From NCBI RefSeq assembly GCF_000195855.1, contig NC_002677.1:720001-752000 (forward strand): 32,000 nucleotides of DNA, read 5' to 3'. Within the stretch, counting starts at the first letter, position 1; each line of letters opens with the position of its first letter. Positions 12,960 through 20,765 of the stretch are shown piece by piece. Origin of the DNA: Mycobacterium leprae TN (GTDB taxonomy: Bacteria > Actinomycetota > Actinomycetes > Mycobacteriales > Mycobacteriaceae). The notes under the pieces are model-generated. The model worked only from the letters and a program-made list of their open reading frames with translations, had not been told where the DNA came from and did no database searches. The translations under genes were made by a program, and so were the position numbers.

Positions 12960-13900
12960 TGGTTAATCTACAGGTGCGAGCCGCGGCAGTGTTGGTCGCG
13001 ATCAGTATTGTCGCCACCCCGCTTACTGTCGGCTCATGCGAACAGAATTTCCCCACTCAGCAACTGCATTGGTGGTTGGTGGCTGTTTCGCATACCGATT
13101 TGCTCGCTAACGCTGATGCGATCGAAGACGCTGACACTCCCTAATTCCTTGCTTCCCCGCCGGGTTCCCGACGCATCCAATGGCACGGGCTGGATAGCCA
13201 GGGCCACAGTCCGCGCCGATTCCAGACGTGCTGGCGCCATCGCATTAGCGGTGGTGGTGCCCTCGCGGTGTTGATCACTGTGTTCACCTCGATGCTGGAC
13301 CGGCTTGCATCGGTGATGTCAGCGAAGCTCCCCGGTAGAAAAGGTTGTGTCGGTAACCCCTAGAGCGTTCACACGTACGGGTGCCGGACAGCCAGCTGGT
13401 CCTGATCGGCCGGTGGTGGTTCAGCGTGGTTGGTCTGGTGCATACCTCTGGGCTAGTCATGCTGGTGCCTGACGTGTGGATCGTCGATGCGGGGCAGAGT
13501 CTGTGGGCGGTGCGGACACCATCGGGTTGCACATGGCTCGTTCGCTGGGCGACGGAGGGCAGATCGTTGTTGGGTTGGTCTCTCTTCGGGCAGCCGAGAG
13601 TGCTAAGCAGCTTGATGATCTCGGGCTCAGCCACGCCACTGGAATCAGGGCTGTCATCGGGATCGGTCATGTAGAAGGCGAATGAGATGCTTGACCACAA
13701 TACCGCGACCGTGCAGCAGCTGGACGCTCGGTTCGGGGTAGGACTGGTCTCCGTCGTAGTGATTGTGGCCTGGCGGCAGGCCAACGGCAAGTTCATTTGC
13801 GTTTGTTTACCAGCTCGTCGGTGTTGATGGCGTCGGTTCGGCGCGGCTAGAGGAGGGCCTATGTGCTCTGGTCCGTGTTTGACGCCTGTGTGCCACCTCG
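12960..13900 (+). pseudogene. Possible ComEA-like (helix-hairpin-helix DNA-binding) relic; positional equivalent of Rv2415c
   Basis: Supported only by position upstream of the comEC relic and by a weak HhH-like stretch, GLVSLRAAESAKQLDDLGLSHATGIRAVI (~13570-13660). No long frame survives. Confidence 0.3.
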
Positions 13901-13959
13901 GCCCCGTGGAATCCGCGGTGGCTCCGGTTGATGTGCTCCTGGTTCCGACAGCTTTCACC

Positions 13960-15140
13960 AGGTGGGTCGTGACTGCTGTTGGTATGCTATGGCTGATCTA
14001 CTAAACTTAACCGCGTGGCTTCGGCTAATCAGCACCGGCCTGGTGGCGATCGGTATGGTTGGTGTGGAGTGTGGGCTAACGACCGCATTGCGTGCAAACA
14101 CGGTGAGTCAGCACCCGATTATCGCAGTTTTCGGAACACGCTTCGGTGATGGTCATCCCCAAGGAAAGTGCGGTGTCGGTGGGCCCAGGTGGTCAGCACC
14201 GGCTCATGTTTCGCGCGACCCTATAGGCTTCGCGCCGAAGAGATGTCGGGCCAGGTAAGTGGCTTTCGCGCCGGACATCGGACTTTCGGCTCGCAAACCG
14301 CCCTCGAAACCAACACAGTGATGGTTGGCCAGCCGGTGTGGTTCGCTGCGAGTAGCACCCGCCTGGCCAGCTATGATCTGATCTGACGGTGGCGGTCCTT
14401 AACGCTACAGGCATTACGCACTTGACGGCGGTATCCGGGGACAACGTGACGGTCGTGTGCGCGGCGGTGCTGTTCTCGGTCCGGCTGATTGGCCCGCGCG
14501 TGGCCGTGGTGTTCGTGGCAGTGGCACTGTTGGCCTTTGTGATCATCGAACAGCCCACAGCCAGCGTGCTGCGTGCGGCGCCATCGTGTTGTCACGGCAT
14601 ACTGTCTTCGCTTTGGCGATAAACGATTCCCACGCTGTTCGCCACTGCGTTGGTCTTGTTAGCCGTTGTTCCTTCACCTGGCCGTTGACGTGAACTTCGG
14701 GCTGTCCGTGCTGGCCAAGGCCCTACTGGTAGTCATCGCGCAAGTCTGGTTACGGCACTTGGTCGCGCGGAGGTGCCCCGAGTCGCTAACCGATGCCCTG
14801 GCCGTCGTGTGGGCCACGTACGTGGTTACCGCTCCACTGGTGCTGGCGTCTTGGCCCGGTTCAGCCTTGTTACCGCTGCCGCCAATCTCGCGGTGGTGGC
14901 TGTGATAATAGCACCGATTACCGTGGTGGCTGTGTTATGCGGCCTGTGTGCCTGCGGCAATCGTTCCCGGTCCGGCTAGTGCCCTCGGCGTGCTGCTGCT
15001 GGTGTTGGTCCTGTGGCGGTGCTTTCGGGTGGCGATGATTTCAGCACTGATGGTCGCCGTTGCGTGCTTGCCTGATTGGTTGTCAGGGTTCCTGACCGGC
15101 GGGCTTATCGCGGGCTCGTCGGCTCGTCGTGCCACCATCT
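13960..15140 (+). pseudogene. comEC: ComEC/Rec2-like competence membrane channel relic (Rv2414c type)
   Basis: Competence-domain stretch GITHLTAVSGDNVTVVCAAVLFSVRLIGPRVAVVFVAVALLAFVIIEQPTASVLRAA (14389-14580). Later TM pieces SLTDALAVVWATYVVTAPLVLAS and [22 protein letters not shown] lie in other frames. Several stops. Confidence 0.6.
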
Positions 15141-15145
15141 ACGGA

Positions 15146-16117
15146 GTGAGTAATAAGTTTTCGTCGCTGCACTTGGTCCTAGGAAATGAGGAACTGCTGG
15201 TTGAGCGGGCCGTGGGGGAGGTGTTGCGGTCGGCGCGGCAGCGGGCAGGCACCCAGGACGTCCCCGTTAGCCGAATGCGAGCCGGTGACGTCGGCACCTA
15301 TGAGCTCACCGAACTGCTGAGCCCGTCATTGTTCGCCGACGAGCGGATTGTCGTGCTAGAGGCCGCCGCTGAAGCGGGTAAGGAGGCCGCTGCGCTGATC
15401 GTGTCGGCTGCCGCTGACATACCGCAAGGCACGGTGCTGGTGGTGGTGCATTCAGGTGGTGGTCGAGCCAAAGCGCTGGCTAACGAGCTGCAGTCGTTGG
15501 GTGCTACGGTGCATCCCTGCGCGCGGATCACTAAGCTTAGCGAGCGTACTGATTTTGTTCGAAAAGAATTGCGTTCGTTGCGGGTCAAGGTCGACGAGGG
15601 GGCAGTGACCGCCCTGCTGAACGCTGTTGGTTCTGACGTGCGCGAACTCGCTTCGGCCTGTTCGCAATTGGTAGCCGACACCGCCGGTGATGTCGACGCC
15701 GACGCGGTTCAGCGTTATCACAGCGGCAAAGCGGAAGTGAAGGGCTTTGACATTGCCGACAAGGCGGTCGGTGGCGATGTCTCAGGAGCAGTGGAGGCGT
15801 TGCGGTGGGCGATGATGCGCGGCGAGCCACTGGTGGTGTTGGCTGATGCGCTGGCCGAAGCAGTGCACACGATCGGCCGGGTTGGGCCGCTGTCCGGTGA
15901 TTCCTACCGCCTGGCGTCGCGGTTGGGAATGCCGCCCTGGCGGGTGCAGAAGGCACAACAACAGGCTCGGCGTTGGTCGCGTGACACAGTGGCAGCCGCG
16001 ATGAGAGTGGTGGCTGCGCTCAACGCCGACGTGAAAGGGGCCGCCGCGGACGCCTACTACGCTCTGGAATCCGCGGTCAGGAAAGTTGCTGAGCTGGCCG
16101 CCGATGGGAGCCGATGA
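15146..16117 (+). CDS. holA: DNA polymerase III delta subunit (HolA; Rv2413c type)
   Basis: Delta-subunit pattern: [15 protein letters not shown]...[11 protein letters not shown]...[13 protein letters not shown]...[14 protein letters not shown]. The preferred start is GTG 15146. The same frame stays open upstream to ATG 14948, but that extension is hydrophobic comEC-relic sequence. The start is uncertain. Confidence 0.85.
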   Translation: MSNKFSSLHLVLGNEELLVERAVGEVLRSARQRAGTQDVPVSRMRAGDVGTYELTELLSPSLFADERIVVLEAAAEAGKEAAALIVSAAADIPQGTVLVVVHSGGGRAKALANELQSLGATVHPCARITKLSERTDFVRKELRSLRVKVDEGAVTALLNAVGSDVRELASACSQLVADTAGDVDADAVQRYHSGKAEVKGFDIADKAVGGDVSGAVEALRWAMMRGEPLVVLADALAEAVHTIGRVGPLSGDSYRLASRLGMPPWRVQKAQQQARRWSRDTVAAAMRVVAALNADVKGAAADAYYALESAVRKVAELAADGSR

Positions 16118-16153
16118 GTTGCAGATAATCGTCAGCTGCGGCCTTAGCTTGGC

Positions 16154-16414
16154 TCAGAGTTTGTTGAGAGTACGAGCCAGTGCCGACTTCTTGTTAGCCG
16201 CCTGGTTCTTGTGGATCACACCTTTGCTGGCCGCCTTGTCCAATTTGCGGCTGGTCGACACCAGCAGCTTCGCTGCCTTCTCCTTCTCGCCGGCATGGAC
16301 CGCCTCGCGGAACGCGCGGACAGCGGTACGAAGCGAAGACTTCACCGACTTGTTGCGCAATCTGGCGCGCTCGTTGGTGCGGTTGCGCTTCTGCTGCGAC
16401 TTGATGTTGGTCAC
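16154..16414 (-). CDS. rpsT: 30S ribosomal protein S20
   Basis: 86 aa: [35 protein letters not shown]... GTG start (16412-16414) with AAGGA about 10 nt upstream on the minus strand. Confidence 0.96.
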   Translation of the reverse strand: MTNIKSQQKRNRTNERARLRNKSVKSSLRTAVRAFREAVHAGEKEKAAKLLVSTSRKLDKAASKGVIHKNQAANKKSALARTLNKL

Positions 16415-16548
16415 GCGTTAAATTCCTTTGTCGATTTAGGCGCGAGTGCTCTTCTACTCTACGGCGACAAACTTTTAGAGTACCAGTCGGCTACGCTTTC
16501 TCACAAAAGCACAACTTTGTGCTGCTGGAACGGACAATTTGAGGCAGC
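16415..16548. promoter_or_regulatory. Divergent control region between rpsT and the ATP-grasp cassette, with back-to-back -10-like hexamers and a palindrome
   Basis: TACTCTA (16455-16461) and TAGAGTA (16476-16482) are exact reverse complements 14 nt apart. Each presents TAGAGT (TANNNT-type -10) toward its own gene. Palindrome AGCACAA-CT-TTGTGCT lies at 16508-16523. GAGG at 16541-16544 precedes the ATG at 16549. Confidence 0.35.
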
Positions 16549-18234
16549 ATGTCTCAGGTGAGTCTTCCCAGCCAGCTCAAGGAGACTGGACCACGGTTGC
16601 AGTCTCGTTGCCGGTCCTCCGCCCGGTCTGAGCGCATTTTCGGTGGGTACAACACCTCGGACATCTATTCAATGGCCTTTGACGAAATGTTCGATGTTCA
16701 AGGCAATGTTCGTGGTCCGTACAAGGGCATCTACGCTGAGCTGGCGCCGTCGGATGCGTCCGAGCTGAAAGCTCGCGCCGAAGCGTTGGCTCGCGCATTC
16801 ATAGATCAGGGTATCACGTTTTCGCTGTCGGGTCAGGAGCGGCCCTTTCCGCTGGACTTGGTGCCGCGTGTGATCTCGGCATCCGAGTGGAGCCGATTGG
16901 AGCGGGGTATCACCCAGCGCGTCAAGGCTCTTGAGATGTACCTAGACGACATCTATGGCGATCAGGAAATCCTGCGCGACGGCGTCATCCCGCGCCGCTT
17001 GATTACCTCGTGTGAGCACTTTCACCGCCAGGCGGTTGGTATTATCCCACCCAACGGCGTGCGCATCCACGTCGCGGGCATCGACTTGATTCGCGATGAC
17101 AGCGGCAATTTCCGGGTGCTCGAGGACAATCTTCGCTCGCCGTCCGGGGTGTCGTATGTGATGGAGAACCGGCGCACCATAGCGCGGGTTTTCCCGAATC
17201 TTTTTGCCACCCATCGGGTGCGAGCGGTCGACGACTACGCCTCGCATTTGCTGAGGGCGCTGCGTAACTCGGCAGCCACCAATGAGGCAGACCCGACGGT
17301 GGTGGTGTTGACTCCGGGGGTGGCCAACGCGGCTTACTTCGAGCACTCGTTACTAGCCCGCCAGATGGGTGTCGAGTTGGTCGAAGGACGTGATCTGTTC
17401 TGTCGCGACAACCAAGTATACATGTGTACCACCGAGGGGGAGCGCCAGGTCGATGTCATTTATCGGCGTATCGATGACGCTTTTCTAGACCCGTTGCAAT
17501 TCCGTGCTGATTCTGTACTGGGGGTGGCCGGATTGGTGAACGCTGCGCGCGCGGGCAACGTCGTCATCTCGAGTGCGATAGGAAACGGTGTTGGCGACGA
17601 CAAACTCGTGTACACCTACGTGCCTACCATGATGGAGTACTACTTACGGGAAAAGCCGTTGCTGGCGAATGTCGATACTTTGCGCTGCTGGCTGGATGAC
17701 GAACGCCAAGAAGTGCTTGACCGGATCCACGACCTAGTTCTCAAGCCGGTTGAAGGTTCCGGCGGTTACGGAATCGTTTTTGGTCCCGATGCCTCCGAGA
17801 AAGAGCTCGCTGCTGCCAGTAAAAAGATTCGCGACGATCCCCGAAGTTGGATCGCGCAACCAGTGATGGAACTCTCGACTGTGCCGACCCAGGTTGGTAG
17901 TACGCTGGCGCCGCGTTATGTCGACCTGCGGCCGTTCGCAGTCAACGACGGCAACGACGTGTGGGTGCTGCCGGGTGGACTTACTCGTGTTGCGCTGGTC
18001 GAAGGTTCGCGGGTGGTCAACTCCAGTCAGGGCGGTGGCTCCAAGGACACCTGGGTGCTGGCGCCGCATGCGTCGTATGGCGCACGTGAGCTGGGCGCCG
18101 CTGAAATCGTGTGTTCATTGCCGCAGTCGTCGCCCGACCCAGTGCCCGACGGATCGCCGCGACCAAAACAACAGCCGCAGCAAGCGCAAGCCGAGCAAGC
18201 GCAGCAACCGCAACAGCAGATAATGTTGCCCTGA
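16549..18234 (+). CDS. Circularly permuted ATP-grasp (type 2) family protein, predicted amidoligase (Rv2411c type)
   Basis: 561 aa. Family-typical blocks: VVLTPGVANAAYFEHSLLARQMGVELVEGRDLF, VDVIYRRIDDAFLDP, GNVVISSAIGNGVGDDKLVYTYVP, LVLKPVEGSGGYGIVFGP. Q/P-rich C-terminal tail. The stop overlaps the next start (TGATG 18232-18236). Confidence 0.85.
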   Translation: MSQVSLPSQLKETGPRLQSRCRSSARSERIFGGYNTSDIYSMAFDEMFDVQGNVRGPYKGIYAELAPSDASELKARAEALARAFIDQGITFSLSGQERPFPLDLVPRVISASEWSRLERGITQRVKALEMYLDDIYGDQEILRDGVIPRRLITSCEHFHRQAVGIIPPNGVRIHVAGIDLIRDDSGNFRVLEDNLRSPSGVSYVMENRRTIARVFPNLFATHRVRAVDDYASHLLRALRNSAATNEADPTVVVLTPGVANAAYFEHSLLARQMGVELVEGRDLFCRDNQVYMCTTEGERQVDVIYRRIDDAFLDPLQFRADSVLGVAGLVNAARAGNVVISSAIGNGVGDDKLVYTYVPTMMEYYLREKPLLANVDTLRCWLDDERQEVLDRIHDLVLKPVEGSGGYGIVFGPDASEKELAAASKKIRDDPRSWIAQPVMELSTVPTQVGSTLAPRYVDLRPFAVNDGNDVWVLPGGLTRVALVEGSRVVNSSQGGGSKDTWVLAPHASYGARELGAAEIVCSLPQSSPDPVPDGSPRPKQQPQQAQAEQAQQPQQQIMLP

Positions 18235-19211
18235 TGCTTGCCCGTAACGCCGAGGCGCTCTATTGGATCGGTCGCTACGTCGAACGTGCCGACGACACCG
18301 CGCGCATTCTCGACGTCGTTGTGCACCAATTGTTGGAAGATTCCAGCGTTGATCCCGACCACGCCTCGAGGACGTTGCTGCGGGTGCTCGGCATCGAGCT
18401 CCCGGACCACGAGTTGGACGTCTGGTCGCTGACCGATCTGGTGGCGTTCAGTACCAATGCTCAGGGCGGCTCTTCGATCGTCGATGCGATCTCGGCGGCG
18501 CGGGAAAACGCAAAATCGGCACGGGAAGTGACATCCAGTGAAACCTGGGAATGTCTCAACACCACATACCATGCTCTCGCCGAACGCGAACGCGCCGCTA
18601 AACGCCTTGGTCCACACGAATTTTTGTCTTTCATCGAGGGTCGGGCGGCGATGTTCGCCGGCCTGGCTGACTCGACGCTTTCGCGTGACGACGGATACCG
18701 CTTCATGCTGCTGGGCCGCGCTATAGAGCGGGTCGACATGACGGTGCGACTGTTGTTGTCCCGGGTGGGAGATAGCGCGTCGTCACCGGCATGGGTGACG
18801 CTGCTACGCTCGGCTGGTGGGCATGACACCTATCTGCGCACCTACCGCGGTGTGTTGGATGCAGCCCGGGTGGTCGAATTCATGCTGCTCGACCGGCTGT
18901 TTCCACGTTCGATTTTTTACTCGCTGAAGTTGGCCGAACACAACCTTGACGAGTTGTTGCGCAATCCGCAGAGCCGAGTTGGTGCCACAACGGAAGCGCA
19001 GCGGTTACTCGGGCAGGCCCGCAGCGAACTGGAATTCGTGCAACCCGGTGTGCTGCTGAAGACACTGGACAGCCGCTTGGCTAGCCTGCAGACCACTTGC
19101 AGGGATGTTGGAGACGCATTGGTGTTGCAGTATTTTCACGTCGCGCCGTGGGTAGCGTGGTCGGATGCCGGCCACCGGGGACGAATGGTTGGCAAGCGGG
19201 GAGAAGCCTGA
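18234..19211 (+). CDS. Alpha-E domain protein (Rv2410c type)
   Basis: 325 aa from ATG 18234: MLARNAEALYWIGRYVERADDTARILDV... is the characteristic alpha-E N-terminus. The ORF-track start at 18111 would overlap the upstream gene by 124 nt and is rejected. The stop overlaps the next start (TGATG 19209-19213). Confidence 0.8.
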   Translation: MLARNAEALYWIGRYVERADDTARILDVVVHQLLEDSSVDPDHASRTLLRVLGIELPDHELDVWSLTDLVAFSTNAQGGSSIVDAISAARENAKSAREVTSSETWECLNTTYHALAERERAAKRLGPHEFLSFIEGRAAMFAGLADSTLSRDDGYRFMLLGRAIERVDMTVRLLLSRVGDSASSPAWVTLLRSAGGHDTYLRTYRGVLDAARVVEFMLLDRLFPRSIFYSLKLAEHNLDELLRNPQSRVGATTEAQRLLGQARSELEFVQPGVLLKTLDSRLASLQTTCRDVGDALVLQYFHVAPWVAWSDAGHRGRMVGKRGEA

Positions 19212-20050
19212 TGTGGCGGATGCGGGTGGTGCACAGCACCGGATACGTGTACGAATCGCCGGCGACCGCCTCCTTCAACGAAGCCCGGCTGACGCCGCGA
19301 TCTAATACACGGCAAACCGTCATCCTCAATCGTGTCGAAACCATTCCGGCCACTCGGTCCTATCGCTACATCGATTATTGGGGTACCGTGGTGACAGCGT
19401 TTGACTTGCGCGCGCCGCACACCGAGCTGACAGTGACGTCTTCGTCGGTTGTCGAGACTGAAAGCCTTGAACCATCGGTGAGCCGGATCACCTGGACTGA
19501 ACTGCAGTCGATGGCCGTAATAGACCGATTTGACGAAGTTTTGCAGCCCACCGCATACACCCCGGTAAACACTCGTGTAGCGGCCGTCGGCAAGCGGATC
19601 GCCAAGAATCACGAACCTCGGAAAGCCGTCGTCGCCGCAGCCCGGTGGGCGCGAAGTAAGCTGGACTACATTCCAGGCACTACCGGTGTGCATTCGTCCG
19701 GTTTGGACGCACTGCACCAGTGTAGGGGAGTCTGTCAGGACTTCGCGCATCTGACGTTGATTGTGTTGCGCAGCATGGGAATTCCCGGTCGCTATGTGTC
19801 AGGGTATCTGCACCCCAAACGCGACGCGGTCGTCGGAAAGACGGTTGAAGGACGCAGTCACGCCTGGATTCAGGCCTGGACGGGTGGGTGGTGGAATTAC
19901 GATCCCACCAATGACGTTGAAATCACCGAACAATACATCAGCGTAGGTGTGGGGCGCGATTACACAGACGTGGCCCCGTTGAAGGGAATCTACTCTGGTC
20001 GGGGGGCAACCGACCTTGACGTGGTTGTGGAGATCACTCGGTTGGCTTAG
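19211..20050 (+). CDS. Transglutaminase-like cysteine peptidase-fold protein with bacterial transglutaminase N-terminal domain (Rv2409c type)
   Basis: 279 aa from ATG 19211 (MWRMRVVHSTGYVYESP...). Cys-His-Asp triad contexts are intact: RGVCQDFAH (Cys codon 19733-19735), RSHAWIQAW (His 19859-19861), NYDPTN (Asp 19901-19903). Confidence 0.85.
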   Translation: MWRMRVVHSTGYVYESPATASFNEARLTPRSNTRQTVILNRVETIPATRSYRYIDYWGTVVTAFDLRAPHTELTVTSSSVVETESLEPSVSRITWTELQSMAVIDRFDEVLQPTAYTPVNTRVAAVGKRIAKNHEPRKAVVAAARWARSKLDYIPGTTGVHSSGLDALHQCRGVCQDFAHLTLIVLRSMGIPGRYVSGYLHPKRDAVVGKTVEGRSHAWIQAWTGGWWNYDPTNDVEITEQYISVGVGRDYTDVAPLKGIYSGRGATDLDVVVEITRLA

Positions 20051-20099
20051 TCGCATGAATGATTGGTCGGCGCAAAGAATCAACAGTGCTGGTATAACC

Positions 20100-20480
20100 A
20101 AGGCGCTGCGGAGTCGACTTATGCCCGGTCGGGGACTGGCCTGCATGGGGTGGCTGTTCGGTGGACTTGCTCTCGGCGTCGCGCTGGGCTGCGTGATCCC
20201 ATTGTCCTACGGGTCGATAGCTGGGGTTGCGGTCATACGCTTTTGCCGAACCCAATCGTGGTGCAAGCTATAGCCACTAGTACGTTTGCGTCCTCGGCGC
20301 CGCTGGCGCTTTACGCGGCTATGGTCAGTATCCGGTTGTGTCAGTTGGGTAGCGACCGCGTCTGCCGCCGTGATAGCGTTAACTGGCGGTGTCTTGACTG
20401 CCGGCGCATTGGTGCTGACCGGATTGTTGGTCTACCCGCTGTCGCAACTGGAGGTCAACGCGGACATTGCGCTGGTTCGG
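20100..20480 (-). pseudogene. Possible PE-family gene relic (positional equivalent of Rv2408/PE24)
   Basis: The minus-strand stretch STNAPAVKTPPVNAITAADAVATQLTQ weakly resembles the PE-domain core (ANAAAA.PTT.V.AAAADEVS...). Position matches. Heavily decayed. Confidence 0.25.
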
Positions 20481-20765
20481 GCGAGTTCGTTGCTGATATC
20501 TCTTTCTGGTTGGCAGCCCAGGGCACCTGGTGGTGTTGGGTTTGCTGGTCGCCAGTATGGCGTACCCAGCCTAATGCGGGGTCTCATGCCCAGATCATTT
20601 GGTATGTACAGGCTTGGCGCTCGCCGCAGAAACAACACTGGTGTTGATCTGGCCGACTGCCGGGTGCGGATTTACTGTCGGTCGTACGCGTCGCTGCGTT
20701 GTTCCGGCTGATAGAGGTCGGCACGCTATGGATGCTTGCCAACCCCGATTCGGTGTAGGTCGTTG

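Noticed and set aside
13284-13958. 224-aa minus-strand ORF, the longest frame in the gene desert
   Set aside because: It has a Thr/Ser/Pro/Arg/His-rich low-information composition, no motif I recognise and no convincing SD. It lies antisense to the putative comEA relic and is most likely a chance open frame.
14948-15145. Upstream 66-codon extension of holA (389-aa version in the ORF track)
   Set aside because: The extension is hydrophobic ComEC-like sequence, unlike any delta-subunit N-terminus. Homology to HolA begins right after GTG 15146.
16118-16153. Possible bidirectional terminator between the convergent holA and rpsT
   Set aside because: Only a 4-bp AGCT...AGCT stem is available and there is no U-tract. 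This is not enough to call a terminator.
18111-18233. Upstream extension of the alpha-E ORF overlapping the ATP-grasp gene by 124 nt
   Set aside because: The extension is Ala/Thr/Ser low complexity produced by reading the Gln/Pro repeat in another frame. The family-typical N-terminus (MLARNAEALYWIGRY) starts at ATG 18234, exactly at the TGATG junction.
18027-18617. 196-aa minus-strand ORF overlapping the ATP-grasp / alpha-E junction. Similar long antisense ORFs lie at 19136-19750 (204 aa), 2633-2992, 28543-29004 and 29470-29931.
   Set aside because: They lie antisense to well-supported genes or relics, have Arg/Pro/Ser/Cys/His-rich compositions, and match no recognisable family. This is typical of stop-codon-poor antisense frames in GC-rich DNA.
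20063-20711. Two overlapping plus-strand ORFs (194 aa and 141 aa) downstream of the transglutaminase gene
   Set aside because: They have Arg/Trp/Cys-rich compositions, overlap each other in different frames and lie antisense to the putative PE relic. There are no motifs or SDs.
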